Origin: a virus
Reading direction: 5' to 3' (one strand)
Virus record (IMG/VR): IMGVR_UViG_3300044959_000131
Coordinates: 112,946-176,945 of that record
Length of the DNA: 64,000 bases
This document shows positions 30,595 through 40,573 of the stretch, piece after piece. Under the pieces are notes generated by a model that saw only the letters and a list, made by a program, of their open reading frames with translations, did no database searches and was not told the DNA's origin. Position numbers and translations under genes: made by a program. Position 1 is the first letter of the stretch. Every line of letters begins with the position of its first letter.

Positions 30595-30695
30595 TTCTGT
30601 TCTCTCTTTCTTTCGTTGTGGTTCTCTTCACGGCGCAAAATCGCCGTGAAGAAAGAATACGCAGTTAAACAACAAATGCAAGTAGAAAAGCTGTC

Positions 30696-30887
30696 TCACA
30701 GTCTCTTTTCCTCCTCCACTTCTTTGGCCGGTAGCTTTCCGAGGTAAGAATCGAGTATCGTTGAGACGAGAGTGCTCATGGATACTGACTTTCCTGTTTG
30801 CTCCTTGTACTCTGTGCGGAGCTGCTCCAGTCTTTTCTTAGTCTCTCTGGAAACTTTTACTTCAAGTCGGTAGTTAAGGGCTGGCAT
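30696..30887 (-). CDS. Ribbon-helix-helix-like DNA-binding protein
   Basis: RLEVKVS strand followed by two helices (SMSTLVSTILDSYL). Confidence 0.55.
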   Translation of the reverse strand: MPALNYRLEVKVSRETKKRLEQLRTEYKEQTGKSVSMSTLVSTILDSYLGKLPAKEVEEEKRL

Positions 30888-30906
30888 CGTTCGTTCCTAG
30901 TTTCTT

Positions 30907-31260
30907 ATGACGAAGAATTCTTCTGATTCTGCCTCACAGAACGCAGAGAAGGTCGATAGAGAGCTGACGGTCGATAGGCTCGTAAGTGGCGATAGACCTT
31001 CGATATTTTTCCTCGGAATGGTTGGGGCGCACGCAATCCGGAAGGACCGAATGGCAGTATTCATGGTAGATGTCCTGGGTAGGGTTCACCTCATGCCACC
31101 ATCTTCCATCCAAGTCATTCACAAACCAAGGGTCACGGAAGAAGAGCTGGACGCTTTTACGGAGGATGAGGCGATTCAGATTCTCGTACAGCAGGGAGAT
31201 TCTGAAGAAGAGATTCTGAGGTACCTCGCCCGGCGTGGCGCTCAGCACAAGGAGGGGTAA
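30907..31260 (+). CDS. Hypothetical protein
   Basis: 117 aa ORF coupled to the next gene. Confidence 0.55.
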   Translation: MTKNSSDSASQNAEKVDRELTVDRLVSGDRPSIFFLGMVGAHAIRKDRMAVFMVDVLGRVHLMPPSSIQVIHKPRVTEEELDAFTEDEAIQILVQQGDSEEEILRYLARRGAQHKEG

Positions 31261-31497
31261 ATGTCATTGTCCATATGCGATTACGAGCCCTGCGCCAATA
31301 TGCAGGCGGCTCTCCAAAAGCTCGTAATCATTCCAGAAGGGGCCTCATCTTTTCATCTTGTTGTGATATCCAAAGGACGTCCGCTCCGGACATTCTATGT
31401 GCCCATCCTCTACTGTCCATTTTGTGGTACGAGGATAGAGGAGGAATGGGTGGAAGATTTCATACTCAAGACCTCAAAAAAAGCCAAGGCTAGTTGA
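31261..31497 (+). CDS. Small Zn-binding hypothetical protein
   Basis: C-x4-C and CPFCG; SD AAGGAGG. Confidence 0.55.
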   Translation: MSLSICDYEPCANMQAALQKLVIIPEGASSFHLVVISKGRPLRTFYVPILYCPFCGTRIEEEWVEDFILKTSKKAKAS

Positions 31498-31505
31498 GGG
31501 CTTAG

Positions 31506-32327
31506 ATGCCAATCCCGGTCCCAATTCCAGGTGGCCCGCTACCTATTACGGACGCCGATACAGCACGAGCTGAGAGCTTTGTAGCGGTGCTTGCCCAGAT
31601 TCTGAAGCACGGAACAACTGGCGCAACCCTCAACACACCAAATTCAACCGTCCCAGATGGGACTAGTCCTACGGCATTGAAAGCCGTAGAGATGTCAAGT
31701 GCGAAAGAGCAGCTCTTTTTCCGTCAACAGGCGCTGGCAATCGTAAAGAGTCTCATTGCATTTGCTAGTTCATCCGTCATCGGAATCACGAGACTTTCTA
31801 CGGACCCAGCAGTTCCAACTGTCCCGACGGCTCTTAACTCGGAAGAAGTAACGACGGTACCATCTCCAAACAAGGTCCCAAGAGCTCGATCCGACGGCAC
31901 ACTCGACCCGGGGTGGATTACTGGAGTACCTGGCCCTGGGCCATCCATCATTCAAACGTTCACTGGGACGTGCTCTGCGAGTGACGCTGTTGGGGACCTG
32001 ATGTACGTGAGCGGCGGCTCATATGCCGTATCGAAAGTCGACATCACCGACTACTCGAAGATGCCCTCCGTTGGTTGCATCATCTCCAAGCCCAGCGCAA
32101 CATCATGCGTCGTTCAGACCGCTGGAATCGTGAGTGGGGTCTATACAGGTCTGACGCCCGGAAAGATCTACTTCGCCGGTACAGACGGTCGTCCATCTGT
32201 AAATGCACCAATTCCTGGTCCGACGCAAACCTTCTTTCACCAGGCTATTGGAATTGCGCTGGATACAAACGTACTTCTCATTGCTGCAAACCCAAATCTT
32301 ACTCGAGTGAGAGGAGCCAATGTATGA
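31506..32327 (+). CDS. Virion decoration/fibre protein with C-terminal DUF2190-like domain
   Basis: C-terminal GDLMYVSG...GLTPGKIYF...QAIGIALD is similar to the C-terminus of 32836-34320. Confidence 0.5.
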   Translation: MPIPVPIPGGPLPITDADTARAESFVAVLAQILKHGTTGATLNTPNSTVPDGTSPTALKAVEMSSAKEQLFFRQQALAIVKSLIAFASSSVIGITRLSTDPAVPTVPTALNSEEVTTVPSPNKVPRARSDGTLDPGWITGVPGPGPSIIQTFTGTCSASDAVGDLMYVSGGSYAVSKVDITDYSKMPSVGCIISKPSATSCVVQTAGIVSGVYTGLTPGKIYFAGTDGRPSVNAPIPGPTQTFFHQAIGIALDTNVLLIAANPNLTRVRGANV

Positions 32328-32782
32328 AGACCGAATCCAAGAAGAGTGGTCTTGGTCGTCAGAGAAAGAACTCAGCTCCACCGGTCAAAGAGGTCCAAAC
32401 GGACCCAGTACCTCTGAGACTCGACGAGGTGACTCTTCTGAAGATGGAGAAACTTCAAGCCATTATGAGGGCCGCGGAAAGTGAGAGGATCATGACGTTG
32501 GCGTCGAAGAAGGCGCTCCTGTCGAAGATTGACCCAAACAATCAGATCGAGGCCTTGGACAGAAAGATTCTTTCACTGACACAAGAAAAGGAGGCGGCAG
32601 AGGCAGAGTACCGTCTCATCATTCGCCAAGTCGAAGAGAAGTTCGGTATCGACATCAAGGAATATGCGTACGACGACAAGACCGGGACTCTGAACTACAT
32701 CGGTAAGGCGTCGGAATCCGAGATGAAGTCCTTGTCTAGCATGGAGAGCAAGGAACTTCCCATTGAGGCTGTCAAAACCTAG
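32324..32782 (+). CDS. Coiled-coil protein (possible fibre chaperone)
   Basis: SD GAGGAG and ATGA coupling at 32324; heptad-rich. Confidence 0.5.
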   Translation: MKTESKKSGLGRQRKNSAPPVKEVQTDPVPLRLDEVTLLKMEKLQAIMRAAESERIMTLASKKALLSKIDPNNQIEALDRKILSLTQEKEAAEAEYRLIIRQVEEKFGIDIKEYAYDDKTGTLNYIGKASESEMKSLSSMESKELPIEAVKT

Positions 32783-32835
32783 GATCTGATAAGTAATTCA
32801 AGAGATCCAACTCTCCTTCTTGAGGAGGTTCATCC

Positions 32836-34320
32836 GTGGCCCTTCGCAGATTCCTGTTCCAGTCAACAGAAGGATACGCTGACTCAGCGGCTTTGACGGA
32901 CGAGACCCAGCTCGCCAAAATCACACTGAGCGGTATTGCCGGGGTTGCCGTAGACGCCGGGAATCAAAAGATCGTACAGCTGGCGACACCTACCGCCGAT
33001 ACAGACGCTGCAAACAAGAGCTACGTCGACTCTGTCGCGGCTGGTCTCGATTGGAAGGCATCTGTCAAGTACGCAACGGCTGCCCCTCTCCCTTCATACA
33101 CGGCGGCCGGTTCAGGAGTTGGCAAAACACTCACCGGCACGGCAAACGGTGCCTTGATCGTAGACGGTGTTGCCGTCTCCGTTTCGGATCGTATCCTGGT
33201 GAAAGACGAAGGAGGCGGTACCAGCGTACACAACGGTATCTACGTTGTGACAGCGACAGGTGATGCGTCGAACCCATACGTCCTCACGAGAGCGACCGAC
33301 TTCGACGGAACTCCCGGAGGAGAAGTGAGTTCAGGAAATGCGGTGTTCGTAGAGGGAGGAGCTACGAATGCCGACCAAGGTTACGTTCTCATTACGGACG
33401 ACCCCATCACGGTCGACGTGACCGCACTGACGTTCACCCAATTCACGGGCCTCGGCCAGGTAACGGCTGGTTCTGGTCTTGTAAAGACCGGGAACACAAT
33501 CTCGGTGAAGAAGGGCGACGGGATCGAGCTCGTGTCTAACGGCGCAGCCGTAAATGTCGATCTCGACACGAACTCCGGCCTCGCTCTCAATGGAACATCA
33601 CCAAACAAGAAGTTGGCTTGGAATCCGGACACAACGAGGGGACTCAATAAGGACGCTGCTGGTGCATACATCGCCTTGGCCGCCAACCCGGGTCTTCAGT
33701 TCTCGGGCGGATTACTGGAGGTGAAGGTAAATAGCACCACTGGTGCTTTGAACAAAGACGCCAACGGAATCTACGTGATGACTGACGAGACACCGGACAC
33801 ACTCGATATCACTCCGGCTGGTCTCAAAGTTGTCGGCCTTCCGTCCCTGTTCAAGATCAACGGAGTCAGCGTTGGTGCGACTGTCACAGCACCGAACCTC
33901 GACATCCTCACGAACGGCTCGAACGCGGACGCATTACACGTCCACTCCAGTGGATCCTCGAACGAGGTAGCTCAAACCTGGACAGCTTCAGGTAACATCA
34001 CGAAGGGTGATGGCGTATATATTTCTGGAAACAACACAGTCTCGACAGGGGACAGCACGAACGACACCAAGTCGAGAATCATCGGTGTCGCTGATCAAAA
34101 CATCTCCAACACGGCCAGCGGAACCATCAAGATTCTTGGAGTTGTGACCGGAGTACTTACCGGTGCCACAGCTGGAACGAGATACTTCCTGGGAAGCACT
34201 GGCCAGCCCGTATTGATCAGCGCCCTGCCAGGAGGAAGTAGAACTGTGCAACTTGGAATCGCCAAGAATTCGACGGACCTATTCGTCCAAGTCTTTGACT
34301 ATGGTAAGAAGCCGGTGTAA
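32836..34320 (+). CDS. Head/tail fibre protein
   Basis: DAANKSYVDSVAAGLDWKASV and NGIYVV...LTRATDFD are common phage fibre motifs; DUF2190-like C-terminus; GTG start with SD GAGGAGG. Confidence 0.7.
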   Translation: MALRRFLFQSTEGYADSAALTDETQLAKITLSGIAGVAVDAGNQKIVQLATPTADTDAANKSYVDSVAAGLDWKASVKYATAAPLPSYTAAGSGVGKTLTGTANGALIVDGVAVSVSDRILVKDEGGGTSVHNGIYVVTATGDASNPYVLTRATDFDGTPGGEVSSGNAVFVEGGATNADQGYVLITDDPITVDVTALTFTQFTGLGQVTAGSGLVKTGNTISVKKGDGIELVSNGAAVNVDLDTNSGLALNGTSPNKKLAWNPDTTRGLNKDAAGAYIALAANPGLQFSGGLLEVKVNSTTGALNKDANGIYVMTDETPDTLDITPAGLKVVGLPSLFKINGVSVGATVTAPNLDILTNGSNADALHVHSSGSSNEVAQTWTASGNITKGDGVYISGNNTVSTGDSTNDTKSRIIGVADQNISNTASGTIKILGVVTGVLTGATAGTRYFLGSTGQPVLISALPGGSRTVQLGIAKNSTDLFVQVFDYGKKPV

Positions 34321-34338
34321 TTCTTCGTGGTGTGGTAG

Positions 34339-34869
34339 ATGGCAACGAACCTCGTAAAACCACTCAAAGACAGCACCGAGGGTTACGAGGAGCCAATCGA
34401 TCCAGCAGTCGATGGACTGTCTGCTGGAGGATTCTACCCGCAGAACTCAACAAGTAACGACCAAGCCGCAGGTATTGAACGAGATGGTTCCGGTAATCTC
34501 GTCCTCAAGGATGCGATTACCGGAACCAGAACTCTAGCTCAGCTCTCGGGCGGCTCTGGAATCACAGAAGCAACGCACAAAGCGTTGCTTCAATTGATTC
34601 ACTTCATTGACGAAGGTCCGGCTGAGGGATTTGCGTCTGGGGCTACGAAAACGATATCTGGTGGTCCCGTCTTTCCAACTCAGATTCTCTGGCGCCGTGC
34701 AGATTCGACGAAGTTAGTCGAGCAGAACATCACTTGGACAGGACCGAAGCCAACGACTATCGAATGGAAGATTTACGACACGGACGGGGTAACGGTGCTC
34801 GCGACGGTAACTGATACGATCACCTATTCAGGAGTATTCGAAGTGAGTAGGACGAGAACAATCGTATGA
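34339..34869 (+). CDS. Virion-associated hypothetical protein
   Basis: Beta-rich C-terminus; within the fibre cluster. Confidence 0.55.
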   Translation: MATNLVKPLKDSTEGYEEPIDPAVDGLSAGGFYPQNSTSNDQAAGIERDGSGNLVLKDAITGTRTLAQLSGGSGITEATHKALLQLIHFIDEGPAEGFASGATKTISGGPVFPTQILWRRADSTKLVEQNITWTGPKPTTIEWKIYDTDGVTVLATVTDTITYSGVFEVSRTRTIV

Positions 34870-35213
34870 GCCTCAGTCCGGCATTTATTGCATATGGCGC
34901 CGATGGTGTCGAGAAGGCGACGGATGCGAATCCATTCGTCGTTAAGGTAATTACTCAGCAGAGCGGATCGAAGGCTGGTGTTGTCGTACCGGGGGACTTT
35001 TCTGGAAACCCCAAGAAGGCGACTGTCGTATTCGCAACCCCGTACACGTCGACAAATTACGCCATTACTCTTGCCCCAATTACTAATGGCTCGAAGACGT
35101 TCTCACCAGCCATCGAGAACAAGACAGTCAACGGATTTGTTGTAAACCTCCACTCCAACAACGTGGCCGGTCTCATCGAAATCGGCTGGCACACACTGCT
35201 GAACGGAAGCTAA
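34866..35213 (+). CDS. Small H-type-lectin/gp53-like beta-sandwich protein
   Basis: FSGNPKKATVVFATPYTSTNYAITL...KTVNGFVV...WHT. Confidence 0.55.
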   Translation: MSLSPAFIAYGADGVEKATDANPFVVKVITQQSGSKAGVVVPGDFSGNPKKATVVFATPYTSTNYAITLAPITNGSKTFSPAIENKTVNGFVVNLHSNNVAGLIEIGWHTLLNGS

Positions 35214-35224
35214 AGGAATAACAC

Positions 35225-36586
35225 ATGGCTCTACAACTCGATGGAATCATCCTCGACGAGCTGACGACAGACCCGAGCAGCCCGGTCGAAGGCCAGATGT
35301 GGTTCAACACCACAACGCATCTCTTCAAGGTGTACCGGAACGGCGCCGTTACAAGCTTTACCGACGCCGACACCTTCGCCGCGCACGTATCCAACACGTC
35401 CAATCCGCACTCCACGACGTTGGAGCAAGCGCGGCAGGCTGGCAACACGCTCGCTGGGCCCATCAACATGGGCGGCTTTGCCATCACCAACGTCGCCGCT
35501 GGCAGTGGGCCGACTGACGTGGCACAGCGCCAGTGGGTTGTTGACCAAATCAACCAGAAGATTGCCGGGTTGGATTGGCAGGAGTCGGTACTGAATCGAC
35601 TCTCGACTCCGCCGGGGACACCAGCACAGGGCGACCGCTACCTCATCATCGCGACGGCGACGGGCGCTTGGACTGGACAGGAGAACAAGATTACGGAGTG
35701 GAATGGCTCCGCTTGGGTCTTCTACACACCAAACGAGGGGTGGGTTACCCGCGTCGAAGCTGAAAACCTTCTCTACTCCTTCGACGGCAGCTCGTGGGGC
35801 AATCTCGGAAGCGCAGTTTCGCACAGCGCACTTCTCAACCTCACCAACGACGACCACCCACAGTACCTGCCGCGCTCTGGCGTGAGGCCAATGACTGGCG
35901 CCCTCGACATGGGCGGCAACAACATCTCCAATGCAGGCACCATCAACGGTGTCTCCATCACTTCCCACGGCTCTCGCCACAACCCCGGCGGGCCGGACGC
36001 CGTTGCCACGGCGACGGCTGTCGGCATTACAGACAACACAAACTCAGAGGGTACGGCGACGTCGCTTGCCCGCAGCGACCACCAGCACGCGCACGGCAAC
36101 CGTGGCGGCGGGACGCTTCACGCTTTGACTTCTCAAGCTGGTGCAGGCTTCTACCCGCAGTCGGCCTTCAACAAGACGACGAATCCGACTGTCAACGACG
36201 ACGGCACGGCGGGGTGGGTTCCGGGCTCTCGGTGGATTAACACCGCCAACAACTCGGAGTGGGTGTGCATCAGCAACGCCACCGGCGCGGCGGTGTGGCA
36301 AAACACGCTCGCAATCAGCGTTGCACTTCCTCACAAGGCCGGTCGGGTGTTGGCGGCAAGCTTTTCTGGCAACCCGAAGAAAGCCACCGTGACTTTCTCC
36401 ACGCCATTTGCTGACGCTGACTACGCCGTGACGTTGACACCTGTCGTCACGGTGAATGGTGCGGGCTACTCTCCGAAGGTGGAGTCACAGGTGGCTGGAA
36501 GCTTCGTCATCAACATGGGCGCCAACAGCATCAGCAGCCTCGTCCACGTCAACTGGGTGGCCATCAAGTCCGGCGAGTCGGCGTAA
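35225..36586 (+). CDS. Fibre protein with DUF2793-like domain and C-terminal lectin-like domain
   Basis: WQESV...PPGTPAQGDRYLI...AWTGQENKITEWNGSAWVFYTPNEGW matches the DUF2793 pattern. Confidence 0.7.
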   Translation: MALQLDGIILDELTTDPSSPVEGQMWFNTTTHLFKVYRNGAVTSFTDADTFAAHVSNTSNPHSTTLEQARQAGNTLAGPINMGGFAITNVAAGSGPTDVAQRQWVVDQINQKIAGLDWQESVLNRLSTPPGTPAQGDRYLIIATATGAWTGQENKITEWNGSAWVFYTPNEGWVTRVEAENLLYSFDGSSWGNLGSAVSHSALLNLTNDDHPQYLPRSGVRPMTGALDMGGNNISNAGTINGVSITSHGSRHNPGGPDAVATATAVGITDNTNSEGTATSLARSDHQHAHGNRGGGTLHALTSQAGAGFYPQSAFNKTTNPTVNDDGTAGWVPGSRWINTANNSEWVCISNATGAAVWQNTLAISVALPHKAGRVLAASFSGNPKKATVTFSTPFADADYAVTLTPVVTVNGAGYSPKVESQVAGSFVINMGANSISSLVHVNWVAIKSGESA

Positions 36587-36598
36587 GGAGGTTGGAGA

Positions 36599-38725
36599 GT
36601 GTCCCTTCGGACGGAAAGCGTTGTCTTCGACGTTCTCACGTCGGACCCGACTTCCCCCGTCGAGGGGCAAGTCTGGTTCAACTCAACGGACAAACTGCTG
36701 AAGATGTACCACGACGGGGCGATTCGCCCCGTGACGACGCTGTGGCCGAGCCGTTTCTCCCCTGCGGCCACAGTCCGCGTCCACCCCACGGACCCGAGCG
36801 CAGATTTCCAGACGATTCAGGCGGCCATCGACGCAACAGGGCCGCAGCCTGTCGTCATCAGCGTTGCGCCCGGAACCTACGCCGAGACGCTGACGATTAC
36901 AGGGCCGCGTCAGGTCAAAATCATTGGTGAGCGTGCATCCGTCCGTGGTGGTGGGCCGATAGGCAATCAAGTTTCGATTTCACTCGGAAGTACGTCTCTG
37001 ACAGACCTTGCTTTGGTGACGCTGGTCGCACCGACGTCCTTCGTTCCAAGGGTGGAGTTTGAAAACATCTCCTTCTCCATCCAAAACACCGCTCCTTCTG
37101 CGGCGCAAATCCACGTCTTTCGGCTCGTGGACAACACTGTCGCCGGGTCTCTGACTTGTGCTCTCACCCTCAAGAACTGCAACATCGGTATTTCGGAGAA
37201 CGGCAATTCTTCAAGCCAAGTCGCCTGCATCAAAAGCGTCCAGTCCACACGTGTTGCCTTCTACGCCTACCTGTCAGACGTGAATGTCCTCATTCAGGGT
37301 ACGGCAACAAACTGCACCGTGTGGGAGCTGAATTCGACTGCTTCCAGAGAAGACCGGCTTCATCTTTATGGCAGCAACCAGTTCAGCATCAGCTCTTCAG
37401 CCAGCACGAAGTCGGTATTCGTTTGCAGCGGGTTCGGAGAGCCCGCCATTTTGAATTGGGGTGTAAACGTATTCAGCCACGGCAATAGCTCCGTCCCGTA
37501 CATTACGATTGGCGGCGTCGGACGCATTTTCAACTACGGCGTCTTCTCCCGCCTCGACTCACTCCAACAGAATCCGCTGTACGACGTTGCTGACAACCCA
37601 ACGGCGCTCGCACGTGCGCCTGCGCTGACGGAAAGCTTCTACCGGACGAGCGGCTCAATCCGCATGTACAAGGCAGCCCTGCGTCCGATTGCTGGCTCTC
37701 CGGGTGCAGACCTCGCTGACGGTGACATCTGGTACGACTCGACGCTTGGCAAGTTCCGCGCACGCGAGAATGGAGTGACAGTCGATGTGCGTGGAGGCGG
37801 AAGCGGCACTCCCGGAGGCAGCAACGGGCAGGTCCAATACAACAACGCTGGCAACTTCGGAGGTGCTGGCAAACTCGCAATCGATGCGGGTGGCTACCCG
37901 ATTCTCGGAGAGGCGAGCACCTCGACGCCTGCTTCACCGTCGGCGGGCTCGACACTCTTCTCCCGCCTGCGTGCAGGGCGTCGGATGGCCGGGCAGGTTG
38001 GGCCGTCTGGAGTGGACTACGCCTTCCAGCCCTTCTTGGCGGCGAACAAGGTGAGTCTGTGGACCGCCAACGGCAACGGCACCACGGTCAGCCTTGTAGG
38101 CTTCAACAACACGGTGACTGGAACAGCCACCGCACGCAACGTGGCGACGACGGATTTCGCATCGTCGCTTCGTCGCGTGGCGTTTGTCAGCGCAACGACA
38201 GCAGGCTCATCCGCAGGTACTCGCCACAACGCCCTTCAGTTCTGGAGAGGAAACGCGGCTGGGCGTGGTGGTTTTCTCTACGTCGCCCGGTTTGTCGTTG
38301 ATACCGTCGTCACCGATATGCGGTGGTTCGTCGGGCTGTCCGGCTCGGCTGCCGTCATCGGAAACGTCAACCCGTCGACTCTCACTAACATCCTCGGATT
38401 CGGCATCGACTCCGGCCAGACGACGGTGCGCTTCTTCAACAACGACGGCACGGGCGCGGCCACGGCAACGGACTTGGGGGCCAGCTTTCCGGCGACGACG
38501 GCCAACGTCGTTTACGAGGCCCGGCTCTTCTGCGCGCCAAACGGTGCAGAGGTTTTCTACTCGCTGGAGCGCCTTGACTCGGCAGCACTCGTCGAAGGCA
38601 GCGTCACGACGGACATCCCTGCCAACACGACGCTCTTGTCTCCGCAGATTTGGGTGAACAACGGTACGACGGCTGCGGCTGTCGCACTGGCCGTCGTCAG
38701 CCAGTACATCGAGACGGACTACTAG
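36599..38725 (+). CDS. Tailspike/receptor-binding protein with pectin-lyase-like beta-helix and C-terminal lectin-like domain
   Basis: DFQTIQAAIDA...ISVAPGTYAETLTI is the N-terminal motif of pectinesterase-like beta-helices; GTG start with SD AAGGAGG. Confidence 0.65.
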   Translation: MSLRTESVVFDVLTSDPTSPVEGQVWFNSTDKLLKMYHDGAIRPVTTLWPSRFSPAATVRVHPTDPSADFQTIQAAIDATGPQPVVISVAPGTYAETLTITGPRQVKIIGERASVRGGGPIGNQVSISLGSTSLTDLALVTLVAPTSFVPRVEFENISFSIQNTAPSAAQIHVFRLVDNTVAGSLTCALTLKNCNIGISENGNSSSQVACIKSVQSTRVAFYAYLSDVNVLIQGTATNCTVWELNSTASREDRLHLYGSNQFSISSSASTKSVFVCSGFGEPAILNWGVNVFSHGNSSVPYITIGGVGRIFNYGVFSRLDSLQQNPLYDVADNPTALARAPALTESFYRTSGSIRMYKAALRPIAGSPGADLADGDIWYDSTLGKFRARENGVTVDVRGGGSGTPGGSNGQVQYNNAGNFGGAGKLAIDAGGYPILGEASTSTPASPSAGSTLFSRLRAGRRMAGQVGPSGVDYAFQPFLAANKVSLWTANGNGTTVSLVGFNNTVTGTATARNVATTDFASSLRRVAFVSATTAGSSAGTRHNALQFWRGNAAGRGGFLYVARFVVDTVVTDMRWFVGLSGSAAVIGNVNPSTLTNILGFGIDSGQTTVRFFNNDGTGAATATDLGASFPATTANVVYEARLFCAPNGAEVFYSLERLDSAALVEGSVTTDIPANTTLLSPQIWVNNGTTAAAVALAVVSQYIETDY

Positions 38726-38736
38726 GAGATTCGTGA

Positions 38737-39720
38737 ATGAGCACCACGTTTCAATTCACCATCGACGCGGACGGCACCTTCCCCAACCGCAAGGTGGCGC
38801 TCGACAGATTCGAGAAGGAGATTCGCGACAGCACAATTACGGTGGCGTTGGATTCCGTCAAGGTGTCCAATGGAAACTGCATCGTCACCTTCAAGGCGGA
38901 CCTCTCGCCAGCCGAGGTGCTGACGCTGGAGCAGCTCGTCTTCTCGCACTCCGGCGAGCCACTCATTCCCGACATTCAGGCGGTGCAAATCTACACGCAG
39001 ACGGGGACGCCTCAGCCTGTTGCAATGGACGGCAAGCCCTTCGTGCTGCCCAACATCTTCCCCGGAGAGGTGCTGCTCAACTTCACAGGAAGCAGCGACA
39101 GTTTGTCGCCACCGAAGAGGTTTGATGGGCCGCTTTTCGCTCTCCAGCAAACTGGCATTGGTACCGCATCGATGGACCTCGACTTCCTCGACGGAGTTTT
39201 CCTCGCTGGAGGCCACGTCGACTGGACAGGCGGTAGCTGGGGCTCGTACGTATGCATGGGGCTGATTGCGCCAGCCTCGACGGTGAAGGAGCCTGCCACA
39301 CCGGGACACGGCAACTGCAATCTCGTCCCCACCGGACTCGGTTTCAACCTCATCGTCCCTGCGGCTGGCAACGGCTCGAAGGACATCGACGTGGCGGTAC
39401 CAGTCCCAGCCTACGACGACGAGACGAATGTCCAGAATGGCTACTGGAACTACTCCGAGCCTTGGCTGGGAAAGGGCACTGTCTCTCCGAGTCCCGGCAA
39501 CGGGAAGTACAACCTCTTCGACGTGCCATTGGAGCTGGCGCACTTCGCAAAACTTCACCTCCGCCTCGACAAAGGGTCGCGAGACTTGATGGCTCCATCC
39601 ATCAAGCCCAAGTGGATTCTTCCCGAGTGGAAGATGCGCGTGACCATCTACAACAACAGTGGTACAGGCACTCTCAGCGTCAGCTGGGATTTGCTGATTG
39701 CCAGAAGGAAATCAGTATGA
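38737..39720 (+). CDS. Virion-associated hypothetical protein
   Basis: SD GGAG; within the fibre cluster. Confidence 0.55.
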   Translation: MSTTFQFTIDADGTFPNRKVALDRFEKEIRDSTITVALDSVKVSNGNCIVTFKADLSPAEVLTLEQLVFSHSGEPLIPDIQAVQIYTQTGTPQPVAMDGKPFVLPNIFPGEVLLNFTGSSDSLSPPKRFDGPLFALQQTGIGTASMDLDFLDGVFLAGGHVDWTGGSWGSYVCMGLIAPASTVKEPATPGHGNCNLVPTGLGFNLIVPAAGNGSKDIDVAVPVPAYDDETNVQNGYWNYSEPWLGKGTVSPSPGNGKYNLFDVPLELAHFAKLHLRLDKGSRDLMAPSIKPKWILPEWKMRVTIYNNSGTGTLSVSWDLLIARRKSV

Positions 39721-40028
39721 GCTGGCTCGTTGGAAAGACAGGCTACTCATTGATTGATGTCTGGTCCCTGGTCCATTTCTGTTTCTGGGTCTTTATCGGC
39801 TCATGTTTCTGGGCCAAGAGAGTTCGAGTCCTCGTTTCACTTTGCATCTGTCTCGGAGTGGCAGCCGGGTGGGAAATTTTTGAGAGGTTCGCAGAGAAGA
39901 AATGGCCAGATACCTGGCTGAACCCGGAGAGCTGGTGGAACTCGTGGATCAGTGACCTGTCGACGGTTCTGCTGGGTGTATTCATGATATGGATTCTTCT
40001 CAATCGGTTTGGAAAGAAGACGTCATGA
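39717..40028 (+). CDS. Small membrane protein (VanZ/DUF2238-like H...WE..E...D motif)
   Basis: ATGA coupling at 39717; three hydrophobic segments; HF, WEIFE and ES..NS..D. Confidence 0.55.
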   Translation: MSWLVGKTGYSLIDVWSLVHFCFWVFIGSCFWAKRVRVLVSLCICLGVAAGWEIFERFAEKKWPDTWLNPESWWNSWISDLSTVLLGVFMIWILLNRFGKKTS

Positions 40029-40573
40029 GCAACGTCGTCAGCATTGGGTTCAGCACACCGAAGAGCTTCAACCCTGTTTCGTGGATTATTCGGAAACTGA
40101 CGAAGTCCAGAGCCAGCCACACTTGGTTTTTGTACTACGACGCAGACTTCGAGATGTGGATGGTCATGGAAGCCCATGAACTCGGCTTCCGTCTCATTCC
40201 GTTCGAGAGGTTCCGCAATAGAAATGAAGTGGTCGCCATCTTTACGACCAAAACGTCGCTGTCGGACGGGTTAAAGTGGGCCGCCAAGTGGCTCGGAACT
40301 GCCTACGACTTCGGTGGATTGATTGGCATGGCGTGGGTCGTCCTCGGCCGCATTTTGAAGAGACGTTGGCGGAATCCGCTACAGAACTCTCACGCCATGT
40401 TCTGCTCAGAGATGGCTCTCACTGTTCTTCAACTCAGCGGAGTCGGGTGGTCAAAGCTAGCTGAGCCACACGAGACATCTCCTCAGGACCTGCTCGATAT
40501 GTTCGAGGATGCGGCAGAGTATGACGGAGATGCAATCATTGTAGACCCGCCTGGAAAGGACTCTGACAGCTAA
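40025..40573 (+). CDS. Permuted papain-like NlpC/P60 enzyme (YiiX/YaeF type)
   Basis: His motif SHTW near the N-terminus, AYDFGGL, and Cys motif FCSEM near the C-terminus (permuted order). Confidence 0.75.
   Translation: MSNVVSIGFSTPKSFNPVSWIIRKLTKSRASHTWFLYYDADFEMWMVMEAHELGFRLIPFERFRNRNEVVAIFTTKTSLSDGLKWAAKWLGTAYDFGGLIGMAWVVLGRILKRRWRNPLQNSHAMFCSEMALTVLQLSGVGWSKLAEPHETSPQDLLDMFEDAAEYDGDAIIVDPPGKDSDS

Noticed and set aside
29959-30747. 262-aa plus-strand ORF over the csp block (also 38722-39558, 47602-48330 and similar long shadow ORFs)
   Set aside because: They are antisense shadows of well-supported genes, lack SDs and have no recognisable motifs
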